From Saccostrea echinata (Eukaryota): DNA of 64,000 nucleotides. The DNA lies in NCBI RefSeq assembly GCF_033153115.1, contig NW_026889794.1, positions 5,394,001 to 5,458,000 of the forward strand. Direction: 5' to 3'. The translations under genes were made by a program, and so were the position numbers. Shown piece by piece: positions 22,180 through 35,198 of the stretch. Each line of letters starts with the position of its first letter. Positions within the stretch are counted from its first letter, which is position 1. A model generated the notes under the pieces. It was not told where the DNA came from. It saw only the letters and a program-made list of their open reading frames with translations, and ran no database searches.

Positions 22180-25100
22180 ATATATATATAGTCTTGTAAT
22201 GTTAACAACACGTACCCCCTGGTTGTGAACTGATATACACATGATAGGATTTGATAGTATCTTTTGCATCAGTAAACTTATTGGTCCAATTCACCATGAA
22301 AGCTGCTCCTTCCTTAACATAATCCTGGTCTTTCATACCACTTTCCATCATTTTTTCACTAACCTACATTTACCAGAAGTTTAAAAAAAGCTTATTCTGT
22401 GAAGAGCTTTAATTACTGTTTTATAAAAGTGCACACAATAAATGCATCTAAATTCATTTCATTTCATTAAAACTTACAGAACTTCCAAGAATATTCATCA
22501 CAGATGGCTTTCGGGTTGAGATAATTACCCCATCGGATTTAAATATCGCAAAAGTGTTTTGGTCATACCATGCTTTCACGAAAACTGAATATGACACCCT
22601 TTCATCCAGAAATTGACCTACAAAGCAAATATTTTTCATCAAAGAAATGACAATTATAAATATTATGTAATTTCCCCCTTTCTTGTGATACATTACTTGA
22701 ATAGAATATTAACCCCCGTCACAAATATAGACATTGAAGAAGACTGTTCATCTTTATTTTGTTGTGAAATGAAATATATGGAGATAACGAACAGTATTCA
22801 AGCTCAAAAGTCCATTAAACAATACAAAATAGTAGCAGAGCAAACACGGACCTCCAAACATCAGAGGTGGAATCAGATGCCATGGAGGAGTGAGCATCCC
22901 CTGCCGACCGGTCACACCCGCTGTGTGCCCCTTGTCATGATCGGGAAATAACGGGAAAATCCGTCGACAATTCAGTGTGTAAATAATGGTTTAACAATTA
23001 GTATGAAAAACGTCAGTCAGCATTTGACTCAATGATAAATTGTGTTTGCTGACAAGGTCATTGTATCGACCATAGAACTTACGAAATGATGACTTTAAAC
23101 GAGACTGCTGATATTCTTGTTTCATCAACTTGTTTGTCAATAATTTACCTCGTTTTAGAAATTGTACATACGTAGAGCATGCTCTTGCGTATCGAAATAA
23201 CTGAGAGATATATACCCCGTATGCAGGTGATGAAGGTATATTGCTGCATAAGTAAGGGAAGTTGACGATTGAAAAGTTAAAGTCATCACGTTTATCATAA
23301 AGCTTGGTTGTTAGATTACCATTAACGTCTTTTTCAAGTAATATATCCAAATATGAAACAGATGTGTCAGACTCTGTGGTATCTTTTATTTCAATCTCAC
23401 CAGGATATATCGTATCGACATAAGATTGGAAATAGCCATTGCTAATTGACAATACGTCGTCGATATACCTAAATGTGGAGTTGAAGGCCACGGCAAGTGT
23501 TTTCTTCTTTTCACGTACAAGATTTTGGACAAATTCTGCTTCATATGAATACAAAAAAAGGTCTGCTAATAACGGGGCGCAATTGGTACCCATGGGAATT
23601 CCAATAGATTGTTGGAAGACCTGGTCTCCAAAAACCACATAGATATTGTCAATAAGAAACTCAAGCATCTTTTAAATGTCAACTTCAGAGTACTTGTGTG
23701 TACAATCAGAATGTTTTTTAACAAAATAATTTTGCAAATGACCAATGACAATGACAATAAGTATATTAACGAGATCCATTTTTATTGAAAAAGCAGCTGT
23801 CAACGATATCAAAAAGCCTGGACTTTAATTTATCGTGGGGAATGGTTGTGCATAAAGTTGAAAAGTCGTAAGTTTGTAAGCTGTTGATTTTGGTAAAATC
23901 TTGTGATTTCAAATTTTCCAAAACTTCCTTGGAATTTTAAAGTATCCACATCTGACTTACACCACTTCTCGAATATATTGTTGCACAGTACTCTTGAAGT
24001 TTCTCCTTCACCACTGTTAATATCTTAGTGAGGAGTAAAGAGAGAGGCTTGGTTGAACATTTACTGGAACCCGCTATGTATCTTTGTTTGTTAGGATTTT
24101 TATGAAGTTTCGGAATCCAATATAAATATGGTAATTCAAATTCATTTAAAAATATTCAAAACTGACATATGATTTTGAAGAATTTCTTCCTTAGAAAGGG
24201 AACTATGAGTATAAGTTGGATTACCACTTGTAGAATTAAATCCAAGTTCCTCTAAAATACATTTAACATAATGAGCCTTACAAACAAAAACAATGTTGTT
24301 ACCTGCTTTGTCAGCAGGGACCAGTACGTACTGATCATGTAATCTATCTAATTCTTTTTTTCACTTCTGGATTATTGAATACAGAAGGATAGATGGTTCT
24401 CATATTGCCCCTCAATCTTTTAATACGCGATTTTAACATACATCTGATACATTTAAACCATTCTGACAAAGTGTCAAGGAACACAAATTCAGTTACATCA
24501 CCTTTGTCTGTGGAAAATATAATGAAGTTGTTTTGACCAGCGTCGTGCCACACTCTATCCTTTTCTAAATTGAAAATTCCAGAAGGTTCGTCACCGTCTG
24601 TGATACCTACACTCCACTGATACCTATAGAAGAGCATGTAAAGTAGAAATTATCAGCCTCATCTCTTTTAAATCTACCATGTTCAACTTCATCAGAAATT
24701 TTACTGAGCACATTGTTTAATTGTTCTCTTTAGCTTATCTAGAAGAATATTACTAATAAAATTCAAAATTGCATAGTGTGGGGCTATATACAAGTACCTA
24801 TAAGCAAATCTACTAAGATTAAGTTAATTTTTTTTAAAATTAGAAAGTGGCTTACCAAAGAGGAGGATTGCCTTGTCTTTGTATGATTGACCATCGACCT
24901 TGCAGAATTGTGTTTGTTGGTGTATATGCAATATCTTCACTTCCATACATAACATCATTAACTTGCAACAGATTGTTTGGATTCCCTAAGAATATGTATT
25001 AAAAAAAAGTAACATCAGGGTATAAAAAAGTCTTATTTCAGCTACGCGAATAAGTTTAATTCAATGTAAAACTGAATCTGAAGAGAGGGTACAACAAAGT

Positions 25101-28100
25101 TGAACATTTTCAGGATATCTAAATATAAGCATGCATTTGAAATTTTGGAAGGAGAAAGTAAAAAAAAAGAATCAACTCACCGACTGAGACATCAACACAT
25201 CTGTTATCATTAGTGAAACAGACTTTGTCTTGTGGAGCACACACGCAGTTGCCCTCACAGTCATGGGCATCACAGCGCCTGACCAGTGAGAGAATTCCTC
25301 CACTGTGAATCATTTTAAACTTGGAGTGAACGATGTAACTTGTTAGCCCAACCTAAAAATTATTGATTAAAATGATTACTTAGCATTTAAGAGTAAAATT
25401 ATGATTATCAGGAATTCAGAATTATTCATTATACATTTATGTATATGGAGATAATAAAAATATTCAGTACCTTGTTCACACCCCAAACACTTATATAAAG
25501 AAAATTATGGTCCGACAGCGTTTGAGTTCTGATGCTGTAAGTTTGAACTTTGCCTTCGTCAAATCTATCGGCACCAGTTGTTGTGTGATTTACTTGAACT
25601 GCTTTTCCCGGTTCCTGAAAAAGAAAAGTATCATGCAGACCTATCTTAAAATCAAACGCCATCAGAACATATTTTAAACATGTTAAAAGAGGAATGTTTA
25701 GTAATATAATGTCATCATCTTAAAAACATACTGTATTCAAATCTGCGCCCATGTAAGTTGAACCAATATTGACGAAATAATGAGAGACTTCCGAATGGGG
25801 ATCTCCAAAACCAAGCCACGCGAGATTCACTCTGTATTTTGTCCACGTCATAAATCCTGAGACATGGCGGCTGAGTTCTGCAGCATGGTCCGTATGAACA
25901 GCAAACATTCCTATATCATAAAATGAAACGTTGCAGTGATATTTTCATCAGAAAAATGATAAATAAACAATTCTAATGTTTGATACATTTTGAAAGATCA
26001 ATTTTTTTTAAAAAATATAGCTGTAACAAATAATATACCGTATAACGGGTATTTTCTGCGGTTGGAAATTTTTGCGATTTAACCCCTAAAAGATAGCAAA
26101 TTAATTTCTGCGTTTTCAATTTCTGCGGTTGCATTATACCGCAAAAAATTAGTTACTGGGTATGATCACCAATCTCTAAGAATTATCAGATAGCTGCCAT
26201 GTTTACGTTTTATAAATTCATTGAGACATATTGATCAAAGTTGCATGAGAACTGGTATTAAGCTATTAAGCTTAATTAAACTACTATCTTTCAGTTAGTC
26301 TTTGTAAAATTATGTGGAGTCCCAATTGAAATGAATTTTTGATGTATCGGTCCACCCAAAGAACAATAAAAAATCTTTACTCTACATTGTAACAAACGTT
26401 TTATGCGATCTATTAAAATATTTTAATATATAGATAATTAATGCATCCAAGCCATATTCTAAAAAATACATTTATAGTTAATTGCCATCAAAATTAATCT
26501 GGTGTTTATATTTTAAGCTAAAAAAAACAGTTGCATAATCAAGTAACCTAAAGTTGACCGTGCACAATCACAGGTGCGATGTGCATTGAGGCGTAACTAA
26601 TCCTGTCAGTCGTCTACATTGTGTGAAATTTACGAGACAATCAAGCCACTTTGTGTATACAAGCAGTACTTATGGTCTCCAGATAAAACACAAGATTGAA
26701 AAAAGTGTTAAAGAAAGAAAGAAAAGCTACTATGTGTTGTTTGCAGCTATCGGAGTTTGGACTATTAATTGCAAATCTCTTTTAGTCATTTACATGTACA
26801 TGTATATCCGTATAAAATAAAGAAGTAGGTACAAGAAAAGATGTTTTTGTATAAACTTATTAAATTGATATTATTTACAGCAACGTTTTAATTCAATATG
26901 TTTTGGAAAATCCTGATATCTAAAATCTTCGAATTTCGATGACACCCGAATTTTCTCGCTAACGAGGACATACGCACCACTTATCATACCTGCATGTATA
27001 AAATATATATCTGAAGAAATATTGAAAAATATTTTGCGATTGTAATTTTTGCGGATTTGTCCTATCCGCAAAAATTGGACAACCGCAGAAAATACCCGTT
27101 ATACGGTATTATAATATAATCCCATTGTGAAATTGATGTGGAATTACATCAATCATATTGATGCAAACCTCGATTTGGTTTAGTAGTATCTACCAACATC
27201 CCCTTAGAAGTGCTAGACACGCACATCGCAGCCCCATTACACGCAATCAGCGTTACGAAATAGTTAACTCCATCATGCAGTGATAACCCAGTAAAGATAT
27301 AATCTCTTGAAATGCCATTGACCTGGTAGAAGAAATCAGAACATTATATGTCACTTGTATATAAAGATGTTTTGTGTTATATGAGATCGGTTTTTTTTTC
27401 TTTTGTTTGCAAAACTGCCTTCAGCAAAAAGTACTGTTCAACCTACCTGTATCGAGGATGTTTGGAAATCGCCACCTATATGACATTTAATAGATATATA
27501 CTGCCTATCAATGTACGACTCTTCATCTTTTACATCCCACTCAACTTTCATAGACCCCCTGTAAAACTGAGTGTTCCCATTTATTCCAAAATCCTTTGAA
27601 AATCTTGGACCATATACTATAACTGGTGGAGTGTCATCAATAACAAATCCATTTGATGTCGAGTCTGCAAACTGACCTGAAAAGGTAAACGCTTTTGAAA
27701 AATATGCGTTTTAGGAGGGAGCTGTTGATATTACATAAATTCATATATGGCATATAAATTTAAATTTAAAAATATTTTTTTTACCTGCTTTGTTGTAAGC
27801 CCTAACAGTAACGTACACTCGTGGACCAGTTCGAAGATGTGGCGTTATATTGTAAGCTGTCGCTATTTGGGTCAGGTGGACCTCTCTTTCCAGTAGGATC
27901 TCTTTACCCCCAGGTGTGGTACCTGCCCACCAAACATAATGGGACAGTCCTGACTGAGGATCATTAAAACCAAACCAATTTACCCCAATCCAATTCCTAA
28001 AAATTGAAAGAAATGAATTCCAAACTTAATCATCGCGTTAAATAAATGAAAGATCTGATTTATAGTATTTAAAAACTAACTTGATTGATTGGTACTCGAT

Positions 28101-31100
28101 GTCAGCGGAGGAAGTCCCATCTATTACCATGCCTACGTTTGGCGGACTGTTGTCCATTATGACACCATCGGAAACAGCCATAGTGCATAAATCAGCCGTG
28201 TTACATGCAGTTACCGTAGTGTAGTAAGTTAATCCAGGTCCAAAATGGACAAAGTCAACTGTTAGATCTGTATTCAAGAACATATATAATTTTATTATTT
28301 TCCACAACTACGTTACGGTATATAATTTTGCCCTGCACAGATAGATGCTGGCGATATGAGATACGCCAACATTCCCTTCGCTTCCAACAATATATGCCCG
28401 GAAAGCAGGGGTAACATACCTTTACCCTAACCCAAAAGGAGAATGCTTTAACATGAGAAGAAAATTAAACAAACTTGTAAACTATAAAAAAAAATGATAT
28501 TCGGGAAAGAAGACCGTTCTATGTAGTTGTCATCTTCCTTGCATGCTACCATGGGTTACTAACGGTACTTGAAAATGTCCCGATTTTTATGAGATCAATT
28601 ACATATTATATGAATTTCTTGAAAAATCCCTGCATATCTTTCTCTATGGTTTCTGTGATTTTTTTTTTAAATTTTCCGACTTTTTGATTGACGATTTTGT
28701 GCACAGTAAAATGTCTACACGTAATGTTGTCGGCGCCAGTATGTAAAGAGACAATATATGCCGTAACACACATCAGGTACATTGGAATATTAAGTCTATT
28801 ACCGATCTTAAAGATTTTATAATGGTTGAAAAGTTCTTCTCGTTTACAGAGGTCCTTACAAGCACTCACCAGTTGCCCTTGTGGCGCTATAGTTAGAGCG
28901 TTTGCTCTAGAGTCGCGGAGTAAGGAGTTGATCGTTACGTCGCGGGTTCAAATCTCCCACTGCGGGATGTGGAGACCGGTCCCACGGATGAGACCGTATA
29001 AACCGAGGCCCCGTGTTGCAGCAGGTCCTGGCACGAAAAAGATCCCTTACTGCTAAATGGCCCTAAGTTCCGACTATAGGTCTAAAATTTGCAGCCCTCC
29101 ACCGGCAAGTGGTGGCATCTCAATATGAGTGAAAAATTCTCGAAAGGGACGTTAAACAAACAAACAAGCACTCACTAACCATTGACAAGTCCAACGCTTT
29201 GATAGCCGATTACATCATCACAATGCAGGCATGTTCCAACAGTGATGAAATATTCTTTTATTGAAGAGTGAGGTTCGTAAAATCCTTCCCAATATACTTT
29301 TAATATGGACATATCGGTCTGGAAATCTATATCCATTTTACTATTTCCTGTTGGAGAAATGTCCAGAACGTGTCCCTTGGTAGGAGGTGATAAGTCAACA
29401 GTGTACGCCCAGGACGTTGCTACTGACATCAAATGGGCCTTATTGAAAGCCTAGAAAGTAAATAACTACGTATATATCATAAATAATCAAAAAACCATTA
29501 GATCAAGCCCATGTATCCAATCCAAGAGTACGATGCAAAAAAAAATCCGAATTTCTAAATGTAAAAAAGAATGATTCTCACTTTTACTGAAATGAAATAA
29601 GCATGTCCTTCTGTAATGTTTAAAGGCTGGCTTTTGTTGTTCATTCCACAATCACTATCTACTCTAGTGAAATACATTACATCGAAATGACCAGGTTCCG
29701 ACCCTATAGACCACATGAAATAATCCATGCCACTCTCTGGATCACTGAAGACATCATTCCAACTGTAAAGATGTCAAAGGTCATGGTCACTTTTTCCTTC
29801 TCCAATATACCAATTTCTATAAGTTGACTTCAATGAACTTTAAATTTTAAACATATTTGATAATTTTTTGAATTCTGCTTAATTAATTACAATTGTTAGA
29901 TGACTTTATCAAATAATGTTCATAAAATAGACAAAGTGGAAAAGAATTCTAAAAAGATAGTCAGGTTAAATCTCAATTTATTAGGAAAACAACAACAAAA
30001 TACAAATAATATTTTAAATATTGTTATTTGACTAGGACGTTTCTTTTGTGTAATGCTATGAATTTATTAAAGTTCATTGGTCTATTTTCCGTGGAATTTG
30101 TGGATACCTTTTACCCATCAATTTACAACCTCCAAGAAAGTGATTCCTTTTTCAACATGCATATGATATTCACCTACGAAATAATGTCTTTACCAACCTG
30201 AAAGAATCTTACCAATCCACAAAAATTGGCTCGCGCGAATTTCAACAATTCTCTGTTATTCCGGATATGTGTATTTTTCAAGAAAATAATGGGGTTGACA
30301 AAATTCTTATTCTTCAATATACGTATCGTCTTTGAAATCTTAACATCACTTTGTACTAATGTACAAAATGTAACAATAGCCCTGTAATGTGAATGACGTG
30401 AACCAAAAGCACCAAAGTACCTTTCATATGCTATTAATAAAATTAAATTCATTCACCAAACTTATTCAAATCTAATTAAGGACCCCTTTAGACACTGAAG
30501 CAAAATGTTTTTGAACACTGAAATAATTATATTGTACAAAAGTGTTGAGCTTATCTATTTCATTTACAACATAGGGTGCCTGGCATTTACCCGAGTAAAA
30601 AATGTTCAAAGGCAAAACGAAGTATTGATGAACAGAAATTAGTAATGTTTACTTAACTGGGAAAAATGCAGGCAATCAAAGTGTTCAGATAATTTTATTT
30701 TGGTCTATTGAAATGTTAAGAATACATGAAGTGATTACTTAATATACTCTAGATTTCAATTTATTTTAGCTTAGATATAAAGGAAGATTATTCTAAATGC
30801 TTAAAAGTTGATTCATCTTGAGAGTGCTGTGTATAGTGTGTTCATTAGACCTCTGTAGCTTTTTTGTATTGTTATACTTTTAAAAATTGTTTCTTATATA
30901 AATATATACTGAAACGTCTAACATTTTTCAGTGTTTATCTGAGCGGTCAAAAAAATCGATGTTGGGCCTCTGAGTGACATATTGGACCTGTTGATGAGAT
31001 ATTGGGCCGATATGATGTTTTTATGTTGCCTTGTAGGCGAAATCAGCTATATCTTATGCGTTATTGCAAACATAGAAGCCAGTGCAAATAATATGTCAAA

Positions 31101-34100
31101 ATATCAGGGATAGACATTAACTTTCAGATTCACTTGCCCTTCGGGCAAGTGATCTCAAACTTTGACTTGTCCGAATGCAAAACTTGGTTGCCCAAAATTA
31201 GGATGGAACTTGAGACGAAATTATTAATTACTGCAAACGTTATGAAAAGAAAAAATGTGACGAAATACACTACTGTCAATTTGGCAAGTTGAGTTACCGG
31301 GTACCTGAAACAATTTCGATCCTGCATTTGTACATAAATGTATACCGCTGTACTTGTAAATTTAACCTGTTAACATACACTGCCATGCAGCAATAACCCT
31401 CCGTTTCCTTTTTAAAAAAATCATATTTTTGAAAATTAATTGCGGTAGGATCATTTTGTGATTCGTGATTTTTAGCGATAACTGTGAAGCAACGCTTAAG
31501 GAAGATAGTTGCTACGAAACATACATCTTACCTTGATCGGGATACAAGTGTTACACTGTACTTATATTCTGTGCGTGAATAATCTAATTTCATAATAAGA
31601 AGTTAAAACAAAATTTTGTTAGACGTAGAGTGTATTTCCTACGAAAGAAAACAACAAAATCGATTTTTATATGAACGGTATAATCCAGAAACGCTACCAA
31701 GGAATTTCGAATGCAAAACATTGTCAGTCAGGTGCGTGGCGGAAATCGAGTGTTCAATTTATTGTTTTATTTATAAATTAATGTAAACTAAATAAATATG
31801 TACATTTGTATGAGAAAAATTCACCTGCCCGATCGGACAAGTATGTCGACAATTTCACTTGCCCGAACTGAGAATTTACTTGTCCCGGGCAATCGGACAA
31901 CCGTTAATGTCGATCCCTGAATATAGACGTAAAGGTAAAACAAAACATTTATTGACTGTGTTCTTGGGCAAAATATTTTTATTTGTTTTTTTAGGGTCCG
32001 AAAAAACGCATATTGCCCTCGAACTTAGTCAAAAAAAATGTATATTGTTCACCTGTAATTTGGTTTGCTTTTGCTACTAGCATTTTGTAATCTACTGACA
32101 ATAAACCCTCCTTTTTTGGATTAATTGCCTAAAAAAGAAATGAAAATTATTTTCTTAACTAAAAGCAATAACCCTATATTCCTTGTTAAAAATCGCAGAC
32201 AATATCATGGTTTTATGTATCATTTAAGGAATAAGATAAAACTTGTATAAGCCTTTGAAGAGGAAACATCAGTTTGCTTACCAGGTCTCAATTTCTGTTT
32301 TCGAATAAATATGACGTCCAGACAAAGTTATAGGATTGTTGGACTTGACTGGTGGACTTGTGTCTACAGTTACTGGTGAAGACGATGCCATTGTCGTTCT
32401 ATTAGCAAAATCGGTTGCTGAAATACAGCTTTGAAAGTCATTATGCATAATAAATTAGTACCTTTAGAGGATTGATACAAAATGCAAAATTTGATTACCC
32501 TTGATAGTTGCATAGTATTTGTAACCACTATGTAAGGTTAATCCATGTATATTTTTGTGGTTTACTACACCAACATCAAAGAAAGCGACTACGTCATTTC
32601 CTCCAGAAAACGTGCCTGTAAATAAAGGAAAAGTTTTACGTTTTCAACTATATTTGGCTATTGAAGATTGAAGTTCGACTTTGATCAGCTCGTTTGTTAC
32701 CAATGCTTAGCTGGTACATTTGAACTCCAGATGTATGAGATCCAGTTTTATATTCTTCAACATCTCTAAAAGATTCCCAGGTCACAAACATGTCCGTTGT
32801 AGATATCTAAAATTTACATATTTGAGGTATATTTCTGATCCCACTTGATTTAAAAAAACTGTTAGTAGGGTAATTTACAACACACATACAAACTGCCGTA
32901 TTTTATAAAGTGAACAATACTTTTACTTACTTAGCAGGTATGACCATGTATATACCTGATACTGTACACCTTCATTTCCAATCCAAACTTTTCCTGGTAC
33001 CGGGGGTGTTAGATCCACCACGATTCCATCACTACATTCATTAATCTCTGGTAAGACTTGCGTCCATTTCTCGTATTTTATCTCAGTGTATGCTGCATGT
33101 ATGCACACCATGTACCTTTGTCCATGTTCAAGCTCTCCTTCCTTAAATTTAAAATTGATGAACTCGTGTTCTGGAATTGAAAATGTAAAACAAATGATCA
33201 ATGATGTATTGTGAGACTTGTTTCTTTCAATTTACACATCATATATCAATGTTCAGAGGAAAGAAAAATGTTCAACTCCAGTCTGATGTGTCTAAATATA
33301 CAAGTAGTGCAATCTTTTCCAAAGCTTAATATAACAAGCATCTTGAGCAAACCTGTTGTGTTACACTGAAGAGAGTCAGGATGACTGCAAGGGTCTGGTA
33401 GAGACAATGAACTTGATGGCAAATAATACGTCGTGGAATCTACTGTTCTTGCATTGAGAACAGCAACCGTATAGGATTTGTACCGAAGCTGTGGCCACAC
33501 GGCTGATATATAGTTCATATGAGGAGTGTAGTCCTTGTCTGGATATGGCCATCTATCATTGGTTTGTAAACTTATCGGTTCTCCATATCCATCTAAAAAT
33601 GTTGAGCAATTAAAGATATACTTTCAGTAAAAAGGCACAAAAATATTTAACCTTTCACGTACCCTACCTTTGTAATATAGTTATCCGACATTCAAAAGGA
33701 TCAATTACATCACTGTATACAGATTTATTTTATTGCAGTTTTATTTTCAGGATAGGGCAAACCCTGATATTTTCAATCTACCGGGTATATGAAATGATTT
33801 CGATAATAGATAAAATGAGATAAATTTTTAAAATCTTTGATAATAAAGAATAAAGATAAGGATAGGCATCTTCAAATTGCTTGCAGGATGATATAGGATT
33901 TTCATTTAGAAAGAACCATCAAAGAGATCGTTTTATATTTTTCTGAGCATATTTTGTAAGAAATTGAAAAAAAAAATGTCTTTTTGGTCGAATTCCTGGA
34001 TAAATAAAACGAACTTTTGGCTTGAATTGATTCTGTTCACTAACCTCTTGATAGATCAGATCTACCTACAGCATCAATTACAGTTTTAGGTCGAATCAGA

Positions 34101-35159
34101 ATAGGATCAAATGCATTACAATCCTTGACGTCCAATGATACTGTAGAATAAAGCATAGCTTTATTGTATCCACGAACAGCGAACCTGCGACATTTGGAAA
34201 AGTCAAACTCGCCAACAAGTTCAATGATAAATGATATCTGAAAGAAAATTTTGTCTAATCATGACAAAACGACAGAAATTACTTTGTTCAGCGATATATG
34301 TCAACAGATTAGGTTTATCTGATACCTTAACTAATACATGCTTACCTTTTCCTTGTTTTGGGTGTTGAAATTCTTGAGTTGAGTCCACTTAGTATGTAAG
34401 CTTCCTATTCGAGAGTTATCTAATATTGCCCATTCATATTTATCAATCACAACGTACTTTTTCGTTGGACTAAGAATATCAGGATCGGAAAACTTGTCCA
34501 TTGTTATTTCTAGCTGCAATGCATTAGACACCATCCCTTTTATATTCTTGCTGATGTATGTAATGGATATATGCCGAATACTGTTCTATATGTAAAATTA
34601 TCAGTCTGATAATTTTACATATAGAATTGTATGAGGCATATATTTTACTTAAAACATTGCTATTTAAATGTCCAAAAGTTACCTGGAGGAGTTCTATAAT
34701 TATACAATAGGAGTTCAGGCATTAATAGTTTTCTACCTGAAACCATGTAATAAGTAGACAAAAGAAAAGAGAAAGTTTTTTTTCTTTAGACAGTAAAATC
34801 AGCGAGTGAATTCGTTTGTTTCATTCATTCAATGGCAGTCGCTTGGCTTAGCAGGAACTATGGACAGTGGTCAGGTGATGACGCATTTTTTTATGATTCG
34901 GAATATTTTTTTTGTTAAGTGCGTTTGATATTGATACAGATTCAGTGTTGGATGATTATCTTTAAAATGCATTTAAAGGAAAAACGCGGATTTTTTAATC
35001 TAAAATTTTGATTGGATTGTATGATGAAAACCTTGGGTTTTAAAAGCGTGGTCATTGGCGAACAAACCTCGTTCAATGAAGATATTCGCAGACTGGTTCT
35101 TTATCCGAAATGGATTAAATTAAATTGGCTTATTCACAGTGCTGTATCGAAAACGATTT

Positions 35160-35198
<39 letters not shown>

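Noticed and set aside
24344-24637. ORF as a genuine host-RT fusion gene
   Set aside because: It is a host exon read past its GT donor (24501) into a truncated retroelement. The normal splice to 22617 is in phase.
28878-28960. tRNA genes (also near 45807 and 54020)
   Set aside because: These are tRNA-derived SINE heads followed by SINE bodies, with TSDs for the 28870 and 45806 copies. No complete cloverleaf.
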